Of a stretch of 64,000 bases of DNA, positions 24,507 to 37,620 are shown piece after piece. Every line of letters starts with the position of its first letter. Positions within the stretch are counted from its first letter, which is position 1. The notes below the pieces were generated by a model. The model was not told where the DNA came from. It saw nothing but the letters and a program-made list of their open reading frames with translations, and ran no database searches. This DNA is from Yuukianura sp. NJ FZ-2021 (Eukaryota): contig CM102285.1 of NCBI GenBank assembly GCA_046563655.1, positions 3,348,001-3,412,000 of the forward strand. Direction: 5' to 3'. A program made the position numbers and the translations under genes.

Positions 24507-26074
24507 TCATTTCGGATAGCATTTTGCTGAGTTGCCTGGTAATTCCGGAGGTGGTGGTCGCGGCAGATTGAGTCCCACCTTGACACTGTCGTAGATTAGC
24601 CATTGAGCTGCGGCTAAACTCCCGATCATTAGAATTCTCGGTCCAAGGCCTTTCCAAAGACCTCCAAAGCCAATTTCTCTGTAGACTGATAACATGGTAG
24701 CTCCAGGTTTTTGCAGTTTACTGACCATGGTATCCGCGGGGTGCGATACGATAGCACAAAATACCCCAGCAGTGTATCCAGCAGCGAATGTCACCATCAA
24801 TTGGTGTGATTTTGTCAAAGTGTCTCGAGGGATTTTTACAACATTTCTGTAAATACAGTCCAAAGTTAATCATTCCTTATTTACTTAAACGTCCCCAATG
24901 CAATCTTTGTTTTGAATGTCTTCCTTACTTGTAGAGAAATTCCAGTGTGCGTTCAAATGTAGCGAATTTGACCATTGTGTAAGGGATTTGTCTTCCCCAG
25001 ATCGGAACAAGAGACTTGTAGAATCCACCGATCCCTTCGTTTCTCATGATCGTCGGAATGGCTTGACGAAGGGACAACGGAAACCCGGGAACTGTTTGAG
25101 TTCGCACCTTAAGATTTATACCATTTTCAGAAATTGGGTTTAAAGGACATACTTTGAGGTTAAATTTGCAAAGAAGTCAGCTGTTACCTTAATACTTTCG
25201 AAGGGACTCAAGGGAATGTCAGCCAAGATTTCAGCTGAGGCCGCTGCTGCCAAGTATATCATTGTCCGGTGGTTGTAGAATGTTTCTGGACTTGACAAAG
25301 CTGCGAACTTGATTTTGAAGTACTCGTATAGGCCAAAACGCACTGCTCCCTGGACAAGAATACGAAATAAAAAAAAACCATAATGAATAACCAGACAAAA
25401 ACAAAGTACAGTTTTTAAAATTCCAATGGTATCGAGTAATCGTACCTGAGCTCCATATCCGAGCTAAAAATCAAATAAATATTTTGAATTAAAAACCAAT
25501 TCAGAGTAATCTGATTCTGTGTTTATGAAGTTGAGTAAACAAGCAATTAGTAATAAGAATTTACCGCTGTAGCGCCCCAGCCCCGGAAGAGACCTTTGAC
25601 CCTATCCTCCTTGAGTGAAATCTACCCCAAAGGCACATTAATTAATTAAGGACGTGTAAGGTGAGGTGTAAGGTGTAAGGGAACAGTAGACGATTTCGAC
25701 AATGGGTTCCAGGGGCTTAGTATGCCAACCTTGAATGCATCAACAAGGCCTGTGAACTTCGTAGGATTCGCCTGAATCCGACATTTAATGAGATCCAAGG
25801 GCAGAATTGCAAAATGGGTGGATGCGCAGCATAAGGAGCCACCCATAGCACAGATAGTGTAATACATCGGAGACCCAAGACTCACACCCCCTAAAATCAA
25901 GAAAAATTGTATCAGAAGTTTGGTTAGTTGACCTTGACTTGACTATTACTCAACTACTTGACTAAGTGAATGTTATTGACATCTAAGGGGGTAACCTGTG
26001 GCAGAGAGTGGAACTTTGCTGGATTCTGGGGCCGTATGAGTTGGCATTCCCAACTGATTCTGAATTGTCGCCAT
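24507..26074 (-). CDS. Mitochondrial phosphate carrier-like (SLC25A3 family), divergent
   Basis: PLDLIKCRIQ, GYGAQGAVRFGLYEYFK, PFESIKVRTQT, WGRQIPYTMVKF, HPADTMVSKL and QWLIYDSVKV. Includes an 18-nt exon. Confidence 0.92.
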
Positions 26075-27708
26075 GACCTTCGACCTTTTGCAGGATTCTC
26101 TTCTTAGAAGAAGTGTTTAGCTCAGCTCAGCTCCTGTAACAAAAATTGTTAGGTTAGATTTAGCAATCAAGAACGTTTAGTTCAACTCAAACTTTCGTAT
26201 AAAAATTAATAATTGAATGGCCTTTCTTACCTGATTCTTTTTTGAGTAATAACGTCAGAGTAAAGTTAGGTAACGCACAGTGCCAACCTTTGACAGCTTG
26301 CCAAGTAGCACGTTCTCTAGTAGTGAAGATGTTGCCCTACGCTCTGAAGATTAGTTTCTGTTTCTGTAGCTTTGTGACAGACAGTGTCGGTAAGTTTGTG
26401 AGTCACAAATTGTGACAGTTTTATGTCTAGTCTAGGTAGGTTTTTTTTAGCGTTGCCTCTTGAGTAGCAAGTCCTGTTTACTGGCAATCGTCCAGCTCCA
26501 TTCATGAGTTTAGCTCAATACGGTGCAAATTGTGTCCCTGCTACCAGATGGAAAGTGGATTATGACGTTAATGAATACCAGGAACTAATAAGGTTGGTTA
26601 AGATCAAGTACAAAGTCTAAGATTTAGGGTTACGGTGCTATATTCGGAGTAGCAGAAAGTAGGATCGATTTGTTTGCAAGTTATTGCAAATCCAGCAGCG
26701 CAAGCACAGGTCCTTTCCCCATACAAACGATAGGGAGACTACCTCTATGCTGCAGAAAGGACTTAGGACGGTTATAAGTAAGCGAATCAACAACGGCTTT
26801 GGCCGACTTCTGCCTGCCCTTTGCCTTGCAAAAAAATAATCGATCCGATGCTGGAAAGTTCTAGAATGCATGAGTCCATTCCATAATCTAACCAAGCTGT
26901 AACGTAGGTCCCTGGAAAAGCTCTCTCTCATTCCAGAATATGCGAGATCCTTCTCCCTGAATTCCAGGATAAGCTTGGAATCCAGCAAGGTCATGTCATG
27001 GATTAGGATTTGGATTTCATTCCTTTCTTTCTGTTTTTGTAAATTCTGTTTACCAAATGAGCTGAAAACTTCAAAACGTGACATACAGAGGGCAACATCA
27101 ACAATTTTTGTCATGTAGGGGTGATCCGTGAGGACCTATAATAGTGTCTAGGGCCTAGGGGAACCATATGTCCTTAAAACCAACCTAGTCTAATTCTAAA
27201 GCAGGCGGCATCAATTGGAAAAATTTGCACTTCGTACAACTGGAAATTTATCTTGAGTGGATGATCCCAAAATAGGATAGACATTTACTTGATCCCCGTG
27301 GGGGGTCAACTAGAGGTCATCTTTCCAAGTTGCACTTGTAAAATATTGTTTTAGTTTTGTTAATTGTCAGCACTGCTCCCAAAACGGACTAATTAATTGG
27401 ATATACTATATATTTGCAATATAGAATTCTGATATTTATTATTATAATATATATTTTATACAATATAAATTATAATATTATAATATACAATAATAATTTT
27501 TATACTTACAATATAGTAATATTGATGTTGTAAACTAGCTTCAACTCGATCTTAATGTTGTCTTCCTTTTTGTAGCAGAAACAATAATTATTACTGACTG
27601 TTGAACGTCAAATTATTAATTTCGTTATAATTTTCTTTTAGTAAAAATTGAAAAAGGAACGAATGCAGAAACGGGTGTGTGCCCTGTGACATTGCTAAAC
27701 GATGTACA

Positions 27709-27961
27709 GTCAGTTCTTTCTTGTTCAAACGAGCCTTGATTGGTTGAGGGGAGAAAAAGGTACTCCCTTGTACCGTAAAATTTCAATGAACTTTAACAGT
27801 CCACCCAACCAAGATCGGACTTTAACCTTACCAAGGTTCTTGTTTATGTTTACCCTTCTCTCTTCTGTGCGTTGAGAAGAGTTCCCTCCTTAATTGATAC
27901 TTTACGGTATCCCGAACTCGAGTGAAAGGACGCCAACTCGTTCGAACAAGAAAGAACTGAC
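27709..27961. mobile_element. Small MITE, possibly with a nested smaller MITE (27771-27909)
   Basis: 25-bp IR gtcagttctttcttgttcaaacgag / ctcgttcgaacaagaaagaactgac. Inner IR taccgtaaa...tttacggta. Confidence 0.7.
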
Positions 27962-28784
27962 AACACAGCACAAAAACAAGGGACTTTTGCCTTCGTTTCA
28001 TCTAAAGGGAAACTTTCATAAGGGGGTTTAAAGGCCTATATCAGGCCCCTTCTGTCAGACAAAAACAAACCGTATCCACGAAGCGTTTTTCATTACAAAA
28101 CTTTCCCACCAGTTGGCCTACGTGACTACAGTGATGTAAAATCCACTCAAATTGGGAATGAAATTTTTTTTTTCGATTTTTTTTGTTGAATTTGGTTAAC
28201 TCCTAGTAGTGGACCAAATTGGCAAAAAAAAAAACGATTTGAAACGAAACTTGTTTTAAAAAAGAATTAAAACAGGAATGCTGAATCGCACTCCATTAAC
28301 TTACGCTAAAACTATTAACCGGATTAACCAAACGTATCGCTAAATCACTATAAGAGCATGCTTATGTTGGGTTATGGTTTGCTTACATAGCTATGGATCT
28401 CGGAATTGAACTTTACTATTAACTCTGTTTTTGGTTTAGCTTACGAAAAATACTAAAAAAACATGTTACATTTTATATGAACTGAAAGGTTTTCAGTTTT
28501 CACTTGGAAACTGTAATTATTTAGAAGAGATTGTATTTTGTAATAGTATAGAAAGCATTTTTAGTCGTAGAATAGCGAATAGCATAAGGTTTGGTCAGGG
28601 TGCTTCTGGACAGGACTTTAAAACGCTTATGGGATGATGCAAAATGATTGAGTTAACAATTAATTTGAACGTAATGAAAAAAATCAACTGATTAGGTTAG
28701 CACATACAAACACCAGTTTAGGTAGGGGCGTGCGTGGACGCATAACAGCGAGATGCTTGTTTCAGTAATAACGAAAATGGTTGG

Positions 28785-31710
28785 CTATTTAGATTTTTCA
28801 GAGGGTTGAGCATGACAATGTACTGAAATTCAAAAATTAAAGTTACGTAGGTAAGATGGATTGAATCCCAATCGTTACACGGCATATTGGGAAGATAGAA
28901 TAATTACAAATCAATGGTGCATATTTTACTTACCAATGAATTCCGAAATTATGTCGTGTTCTGCACCGTCTCCAGTTCCTCTGCTCATTCCAGTAATTTC
29001 ATCATCTTCAACCATTGGGAGAAATAGAGCTACAAATTCAGCCGAATAAGGTGGGGCAATGAGCTCCAAAACCTATTCCACAATAAAAATCACTCCATCA
29101 ATTCAATGCTAATTCTAATTAATCATTGCCTCACTTCTCACGTCCATTACATAACTTGTGGTTAGATAATTGTTCTTTCTCTCTTTTTACCTCCATTATG
29201 AAGTAGCGAATCAGTGAAATGTCCGTATCGCCCCTGGACCAGCACTGCTTGATGTATTTCAGCACAGGAATCACATGGCCCTTCCCAAGGAGATGCACCA
29301 TTCGATCCAGCAGTACTTTCCGCAGCTCCAACTTAAAAAAAAAGTTCATTGAGTGAGATGGTTACCAGAATGGAGTTGTACAAATGAATGTCTAATGCTT
29401 ACCTGGACCAGGATTTCAAGCTCATCTTGTTTCGATTCAAATAGTTTGATAATGAGATCCAAAACTTTTTGTTGAAGGAGTAGGTGACAAGAAACGACTT
29501 CGTCGAGAAGGACCAAATGAATTGGTGTATGCTCTATCCGGAGCTTGAAGTATGACGGCTCCATGACTTCAGCCTCCACCCATCGAATTACACCGACAGC
29601 AACGACCGAATATCTGTAAGTTACAAACAAACCAATTTTCAATCTTCGTGTTTTCTCAAAGTCCTATTACTGAATAAGTTTGATTGTCGTGCTCACTTGA
29701 TACAGCTATAAAGTACTGGAAGATCTCCAACGAGTTCAGCATATGGTTTACCGACACTCGTGATTGCCTTTTCAATGGCTTGAATCGTGAGCTTCAATTC
29801 GTCTTGCTTGAGGCTGTGACGCTGGGACCGACGAAAGGATTCGCTTACACTGGCAGCATAAGCGAGTAAGTAAATATATTTCGGTTTGTGTTCTTGATTC
29901 AATTTCATGTTTGGTTTGAATAAAGCGTCAATGAGAAGCTCTGTAAAAGATAGCATTTTAAGTTCAGTTCAATTTTCAGTTTTCAGAATTCAGAAGGTCA
30001 AGTTTGTTGTCAAATCAAAGTGAAAATGTATCAAGAAAAATTAAGCTGCTTAAACGTACCCAAGAATTGTGGAGCACGAATGAGATCCACTGGAGGAGGG
30101 TCAGTGTCGTTAAACATTTTGTATAATACTGTGATATCTGCGGGATTCAGTGCATTTCTGGACAGCATTGAGGCAAGGGCTTGACATGCACGAGGATAAG
30201 CTGTGGAGCCATTGAGAGCCATAATTACGGGGGTTACGTCATGGCCTCTATTTACAAAAAGAATAAGAATTTTGTATCGGAATTGTGGAAATGTATGAAC
30301 TCGAAGAAATACACGACAGTACTTACTTTTCGAAAGCACATTTAACAATTTCTTGGCTGAGCCTCTTCATCAAGTGAGATCCCTTGGCTTCTTGCATAAG
30401 ATAATACAGGAGCACTTGACTATACACAAATGTATGTTCCGAATGGCAAATCATTTCCTGTAAAAGTGAGACAGTAATACTTGAAAACCTCAAGATATGT
30501 AGGGGATTCGATGCTTCTTTAGAATGAACAAGAACTTTCACTGTTTCAGTTCAACTTACGGCGGTATCCTTTATATTTTTCATCATTGTATCTTCGTTGC
30601 TTGATAGGAGTTTACAAACAGATGTTTTTAGCATCCTAGAGAAGACTTCTATCTGCTGTGCTGCAGTAGAGATGCTTGTAATCTCTCCTTGGTACCCAGC
30701 ATCGGAAATTAACTATTACAACGGATGTTAGAAAGGTAAATTTTAGCGTAAAGACAATTCGGAGATGCTAAATTCGAAACATTCTGATTCAGAACCATAC
30801 CTTAATGGTAAAATTCAACATTAGGCAGTCGGGATACTCTTCCGCAAGTCGATAAACGAGTGACCGCCACGTCTGATGTTCTATCAGTTCTGTCAACCAG
30901 GCAGGGGTTTCTCCCTCTTCGGAAAAAATTGTGTCGGCTTTCTTCGGATCAAAAGTTTTTATGATCATATCACAAAGACTGGTTTCAACCATGGAACGCA
31001 CTTCATTTATTGTCGTCCCTAATAAACAGAAAAATGGAAGATCAATCGCTTCACAGTTGACAATAATAAATAATACATTCTGTAAATGGAATGCTAATGT
31101 AATGTTACTATAATGCCAAAGTACCAGCAGATATAATCCACTCTGCCATCAAGTTCGCCATTTGTGCATAAGCGACATAGTTTTTGGATAGAAGCTCAAT
31201 CACTTGTTCTGGAGATCCGCCAGCCTGGAAGTATCTGAAAAAAACAAGTCAATCTTCGATTAACCTGTTTCTCGAAACGAAACCACTATATAGTATACTC
31301 CACATAATTAAAATTGGTACAAGTGTAGTTTTAACTTTTAGTTACCTTTTCAGTTGATTGAAAATGCCGGGTTCCATTATGTAATCCTCACTGCTAAACT
31401 TTTCCAGACATTCCGTTCTGACTTGTTCTGGATTATCCATCGGTTCGTCTCCATTTTCTCCATCAGACTAATAACAAAGAATATAATTAGAAAGACCTAT
31501 AATTAATTTGTAATTTCTAAAATAAACAAAAACAAATTGGATTAGAATAGGCATGCGCGAAGTCTCATTTTCATCAGTCACTCCCTTTCTACACCCTCTT
31601 TGTGACGAAGTTGTCTATTTTGACAATTAGTTTACCTGGTTTCCCGTGTCATCTTCCCAAGTCGTTGACCTCGCAGTCCAGCCCCGTTCTTCTTCAAACT
31701 CTTCTTCCAT
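28785..31710 (-). CDS. NELFCD: Negative elongation factor C/D (TH1)
   Basis: [61 protein letters not shown]. First exon [11 protein letters not shown]. Confidence 0.95.
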
Positions 31711-31754
31711 TGTATCGTCGTAGCTTGTCGGATCGGTGTCACCAGATAAGTTTA

Positions 31755-32612
31755 ATGTTTCTGTCAATTATTCGAAGGAACATATCATATGTTCAAGGAC
31801 AATACAGAAACAAGACGAGGGAATATTTTTATTTCATTGACCACCAAGGAATGGTAAGTTTGTTTACAATATTTACGCGGGGCTTTCAAGTTATAAAACC
31901 GCGTGTAACTTATACCAAAAGAAATATTGGTTGGCTTAAGGTTTCATGACCGTCGTTGTAACCGTACGCCGCGTACGGTGTACCAAAACCAAAACCACCC
32001 AAAATATTGGATTGACACTTTGTTTTTTTTCTGTATCTGCAGCTATTCATGGATGACGCTAGAATTAAAAATTTTACATCCTGCTTCAAGGGTAATTAAC
32101 TGGCTTACGATTATTAGTTAAAATCACCAAGTTAATGAATTAAATTATGAATATAATGATACTCATCATGTTTTACAGAACAGAAATTTTTGCATTTTTT
32201 CTTGACGAGGGTCAAACGAAACGAATCTGGATTCTACGAAAACGAATTTCCCTACATTTCTCCTTGTGGCCGTGAACTGAATTACATTCGTTGTGATGAC
32301 CTTCCCATCGTTTTCACAAAGGTCGAACGACCAACTAAAGAGCTGATTTGGGGTCATGTCAATGAACTACGAATTCCCTTTGAACCCTCCAAAATCTACA
32401 TGAGTCCAGAGGGCAGAATCTACCATCCATACAACAAGTACCCATTCGTGGGTCTCATCGCTAGTAAAGTCGGAATAGAAATCAGCAACTACTTTGGATT
32501 TGCAAATAATCGTCCAGTGTCGTTCAAATGGGAAGGTCAAACTTATGAACTGACGAACGAATGTGAAGACTTGCTGAAAAAGAATAGATTACATGCTGTG
32601 AAAGATTACTGA
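31755..32612 (+). CDS. UPF0598/C8orf82-like protein
   Basis: YVQGQ...REYFYFIDHQGM|LFMDDARIKNFTSCFK, FPYISPCGRELNYIRCDDLPIVF, GRIYHP. Confidence 0.9.
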
Positions 32613-32815
32613 ACATAATTTAGTTTAGATGCTACACAAACAACCTAATAATTGTGAAAATTAACGTCCCTGTCGAGACGGGATTTATTTAGTCACTGTA
32701 TTTGCGATTTTTCCCTTTTTGTTTTTAGTAAAGTTAAAATGTTATCACAATTTTCAAGGGCGAAGCAACTGTGCTGGTGGATTGTGTTCTACCTCTAAAT
32801 TAATTAATTTGTTTG

Positions 32816-34722
32816 TTACTTCAAGAACGACGTACCGATTGAAATCGTTGGAAGATTAGGGGGATATGGAAAGAGAGAACTTTGTCCGTGAAGCCTATGC
32901 ACTGGCTTCAGAGCTTTGGCACGAATTTGATCATGGAGTTTTGGGTCGTATGGTGAAAACTTTATCCAATGAGGATCATTATCGAACTCTCGACTTGGAG
33001 GATCGTAAATGCGTGTAACGCTCAACTCCGCTTCCTTTTGAGCTCTAATCGCAAATTCGCTCGGAGTGTTAAGAAACCTGTGCAGAAAACAATTAAAAAT
33101 AATGCTGTGATAATCCAGAATAAGAAAATAAGATGTTATTCCTTACATGTCATGCGCTGCTTTATTGAACGTGCTCATTTCTACTCTATGAAAAGCCGCC
33201 TTGACGGCTCGCAACAACTGCCAGACATGATTATTCGCTTTGCTCCAAGATTTGAAGTGGCGTCGTATGTCAAAGACACCTCGTAAAGGATGAACACAAG
33301 GATGATATACAGGAGGTTGAAATGCAATAGTCTGTAATAGAAAAATTGCGGAATTACAATCATTGACAATGGTTGAATATATACAATTAGAATTAACATG
33401 ATTATGCTCACAGGAACGGTGTTATTTGTGGGAAATCCTTCTTGAAAATGTATAACGAATCGAAACACTCCTCCCAGGTATGGACCTTGATGTACGAACA
33501 TCACTCCAAACCAAACTGTAAGAGCATAAAAGTGTGATTAAATCTAGACAACGAACACATACAATCATACATCTTTGAGACAAAGTTACGTTCAACTCCA
33601 GTCTACAACACATAGTCATGTTGATTTACCGTAGGAGCTCTGGTATGATGGGATGACATAGATACCGCCAAGCTTCTCAGTCCTTGTGACAAGACAGCTA
33701 AAACAAATTTTGGAAAACGTCAAATCAAATTACTATTCTATACAAAAAAAATTCGATTACACTTTCTTAGTACTTTCTTTTGGCGTACAGTTTAGGTACA
33801 CTTACTATTCCGCAGTGATATAAGATTCTCTGAATATATTCTCTATTTGCGTTTGAGCCAAGAATTCTGGAACTTTGGATTTGTTATCTGTCGATGGAAC
33901 CCGTATCGCTGACCCTGGTGACCCACTCTGAGACTCTTCCGTCTCAATCACCGAACGTGGAGTGGACAATGTACCGTATTTCCTCGACTACAAGACGCAC
34001 TCGTGTATAAGACGCACCAACAAATTCTCAAAAATACATCAATAGCGCGAAAGTCTAAAGTTTAAAGTTGACAACTCACATTTCACACTGGTTTCATAAC
34101 TTTGCGGTCAAGTTAATTTCTACATCAGTATAACTTTTAAGTTTTTAACGATGGATGTGACACCGAAGGTGACTCGCAGTCGCAAATTACAGGGATCCTG
34201 GATTTTTCTGCATTTTCTTCGGGTGGTACGGAAATTTCATGAAAAAAATCAATTTATCAATTCAGTGCAGAACGTCCGTAGGTCAGCCACAAAAGTTGGG
34301 ATTTTTCGCGCTTGTGGGGCTGAAAAGAAGTGTCTGGATTCAATTTCCCAAAAAAAAAAAACATGTTCAACAATGTTCAATGTGAAAGGAGTGGAGATTT
34401 GATGGAAAATTGGGTGAACAATGTTTTCAACAAACGCAAGTCGACATTTTTTAAAAAACCCTTTAAGAAGAGGCAGACACAGCTACCCAAAAGTATCAAA
34501 AAGCGTCTGACGACAATTTGCTGGGGGCTCTATCTGATGGATTTGATGAATTCACACTAGATTAAAACAGTTTAATGTGGAATCTAGTACGTTTTCACAC
34601 AATTCCTACTCTTGATTAAAGAAAATCTTTAGTTTTTAGGAAAATACGAATTTTTTTTTTCAAAATCTTCCGAAATTTCTTAGATAAGACGCGTCTTGTA
34701 GTCGAGGAAATACGGTACTCAT
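32816..34722 (-). CDS. AKTIP: AKT-interacting protein / Fused toes / Crossbronx (UEV-type E2 variant); exon 1 interrupted by a MITE
   Basis: ESYITAEY...[45 protein letters not shown]...DPHWIKFSPYD. ATG at 34722 is in frame once the MITE and one TA are removed. Confidence 0.85.
33974..34715. mobile_element. 742-bp TA-flanked MITE (Tc1/mariner-pogo-type ends)
   Basis: Perfect 25-bp TIR CCGTATTTCCTCGACTACAAGACGC. TA duplication at 33972-33973 and 34716-34717. Confidence 0.9.
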
Positions 34723-35588
34723 TCTCAGCAGCGTTGTCCTTCGTCAGCTCATTGATTTGATTAACTCAAATTCAATTAACTAAAAGCTCGATAACTCACT
34801 CTCGACCCGCCCCCAATGATTGGGGCCCAATCATTAAATACACTTAAGTAATTTACGCCTCCAATCCAACAAGTAGTTGTCCGAGCTCGGATTTTGTTAA
34901 CTGAATGTAAACTTAATGGTGAGTTGACGATGAAGGAAGAGATCTCACAAAACTGATTTAATCTTAACTTTCTCATCAATTTAGTGTTATCATTAATTAC
35001 GCGCTTCGCCCTTCGCCCCCTCGATTGAAGGTTGCACAAACAACGCCGAGTTGCAAATTCCCCAAATTCTTTGCAAATTGAAAATTGCAAATGCAAACCT
35101 AGTTAAATTTTTTTGTACTTTTCAAACTAAACACGTGGTTAAAAATTTAAGGGGAAATGCCAATGGCACACGGTTGAAATTGCAAAATTGTGAAAAATGA
35201 CAGTCTTGACATTGCCATTGCAATTGCATAATTTCAAATTGAAAATTAACCTAAAATGTTTTGTCAATTACAACAGGTCAAATGTCGATCTCTGTAACTT
35301 AACATAAACATTAGCGATAACTATTTCCTGCTATTTTAACTATGAGTAAGTGTTTACTACGAATTTTCATGGTGAAGTTTGAATCATTCTAGATGTTAGA
35401 CACCATCTAGAGAATACTTTTATTTGACCTATATTTTTATAGCATTAGCAACGATGTTTGCCGCTTTGGCCGTTTTGGCATTTTGTAAGTTTATCAGGGT
35501 TTTGCAATTTCTGCTTAAGGTGTGCGAACACCCTGGAAACGGGGGGTCAAAATGCGGCTGTAACTCATCAAATGGAAAATGGTCTGGA

Positions 35589-35821
35589 TCAGCGTAGGAA
35601 GGTCGTACAATGACCAACAATATATCAAACTTTAGGAAAAGACTTGATCTAGTACCCTGTCGGAGAAAATTACAAAATTTTAGTTCTGTCTATGTAAATA
35701 TGGAGGTGGAATGTTTGAGTCAATTTTTTTCACAGTTAGAACTAAAATTGTGTAATTTTCTCCGACAGGGTACTAGATCAAGTCTTTTCCTAAAGTTTGA
35801 TATACGACCTTCGTACGCTGA
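35589..35821. repeat. Foldback/MITE-like long inverted repeat
   Basis: ~65-bp near-perfect arms at 35621-35687 and 35738-35804, plus outer arms tcagcgtaggaaggtcgta / tacgaccttcgtacgctga. Confidence 0.85.
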
Positions 35822-36457
35822 GCCACGCCATTTTTCAATTTCAATGTCACTGTCTCGGAAAAGTTATTTTAAAACCCAGACGACGGCAACCGAACTTGTG
35901 TCAGTAGTTTGTTTGTTTCAAAGTGCATACTTTTTTTGATCATCTTTCCACTGATCCTTTTTCACCACTCACGAGGGTGTTTCTTTTTGTCGATGTCTGC
36001 ATGTTTTACTAACTGCACAAGCTCCGTTATCGTGGTTACTAAATTTAACGATTATTGTTTATTAGACGCATAACACACGTCCTTAAGTAATTCCTCATCC
36101 TCACATCTTCACCATCAACGTGTACCGTACGTAAACTTGATTCTTGGGATTTTGTTCAGAATTTGTTTATTTTCTGTCGTCGTGAAATCGTTTCAGTGTT
36201 ACAGTGATTGACCCACAGGCTTCATTTACAGCAACCAGCGACTCAGCATCTCATTTTGCATTTGGAAATCAGCGTTATAAGTCGTCTTACTACCAACCAA
36301 ACCAGTAAGTAAGTCTCAGTTAGAAAAAGTGTTTTCGTATTCCGTCAAGTCCGTGTTCGATTCGATTGATGATTGATTGATTCTAAACCGCTTTCTAACC
36401 TTTAAGGCAACCCAAACCGGTGAAGGACCATAAATCGAATCAGCATAACAAAGCAAC

Positions 36458-37472
36458 ATGGCTACTCGTGTCCAATTTGAAAATAACAATGAAATCGGCG
36501 TATTCTCGAAACTGACGAATGCTTACGCGCTGGTGGCCATTGGTGGGTCTGAAAACTTCTACAGGTACTTACAGTTACTGACTTATTTTTATAAAATAGA
36601 TTAATGTTGCTATTGCGGGATTTTTGTTCTTTTTGTAGTGTTTTTGAGAGCGAATTGGCAGAAACGATTCCAGTTATTCATGCATCAGTTGCTGGATGTC
36701 GAATAATTGGGCGGATGACAGTGGGCAACCGTCATGGTCTCCTAGTTCCAAATTCTACCACAGATCAAGAGCTGCAACATCTCAGAAATTCATTGCCAGA
36801 TTCAGTAAAGCTTCAACGAGTAGAAGAAAAGCTATCAGCTCTTGGAAACGTCGTGGCTTGTAACGACTACGTCGCTCTCACACATCCAGATTTAGACAGG
36901 GTAATAAGGGCTCTACTATTTAGTGGACGATGTGCATTTTCCTAAACACGAGAATTCACCTTTTTGCGAAATGTATCTTAAAATCTTATTTCAATTCCTA
37001 GGAAACTGAAGAAATCTTACAAGACGTTCTTGGAGTAGAAGTTTTTCGCCAAGGCATAGCAGGAAACGTGTTAGTAGGATCTTATTGTGCATTTACGAAT
37101 CAAGGCGGTGTTGTACATCCCAAGACGGGTTTAAATGAATTAGATGAACTGTCATCTCTACTTCAAGTTCCACTCGTTGTAAGTTAATTACAATCATACC
37201 AACGAATGACGCTTTAATACTCCTTCTGAATCTAAATGGACTTCTATTTTTCAATTTATGCTTGTATTTTGTTTCAGGCGGGAAGTATAAATCGAGGAAG
37301 CGAGCTCGTGGGTGCTGGACTGGTTGTAAATGATTGGTCCATGTTTTGCGGCCTTGACACCACCGCTACTGAACTATCCGTTTTGGAAGCTGTCTTTCGT
37401 CTCAACGCTGCCGCTGCTCTTCCTAACCAATCCGATAGCATGAGATCTGCTTTGATTGAAAGCATGACGTAA
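36458..37472 (+). CDS. EIF6: Eukaryotic translation initiation factor 6
   Basis: [49 protein letters not shown], 4 coding exons. Confidence 0.97.
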
Positions 37473-37620
37473 TAACGACGTAAGAACAACACCGTCACAT
37501 CAATCAACCCCAGAATTATTTTGCCCATGTTATTAATAGACATATAACTTTATTCTTCATTCCCGTTTCTTTCAACCATAGCAAAAAAGTTGGTTAAATT
37601 CGGATTCTTCCTTATTCACT

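Noticed and set aside
26317-27230. 158-aa ORF and splice-like sites upstream of the phosphate carrier
   Set aside because: No recognisable protein could be assembled. A small gene cannot be excluded.
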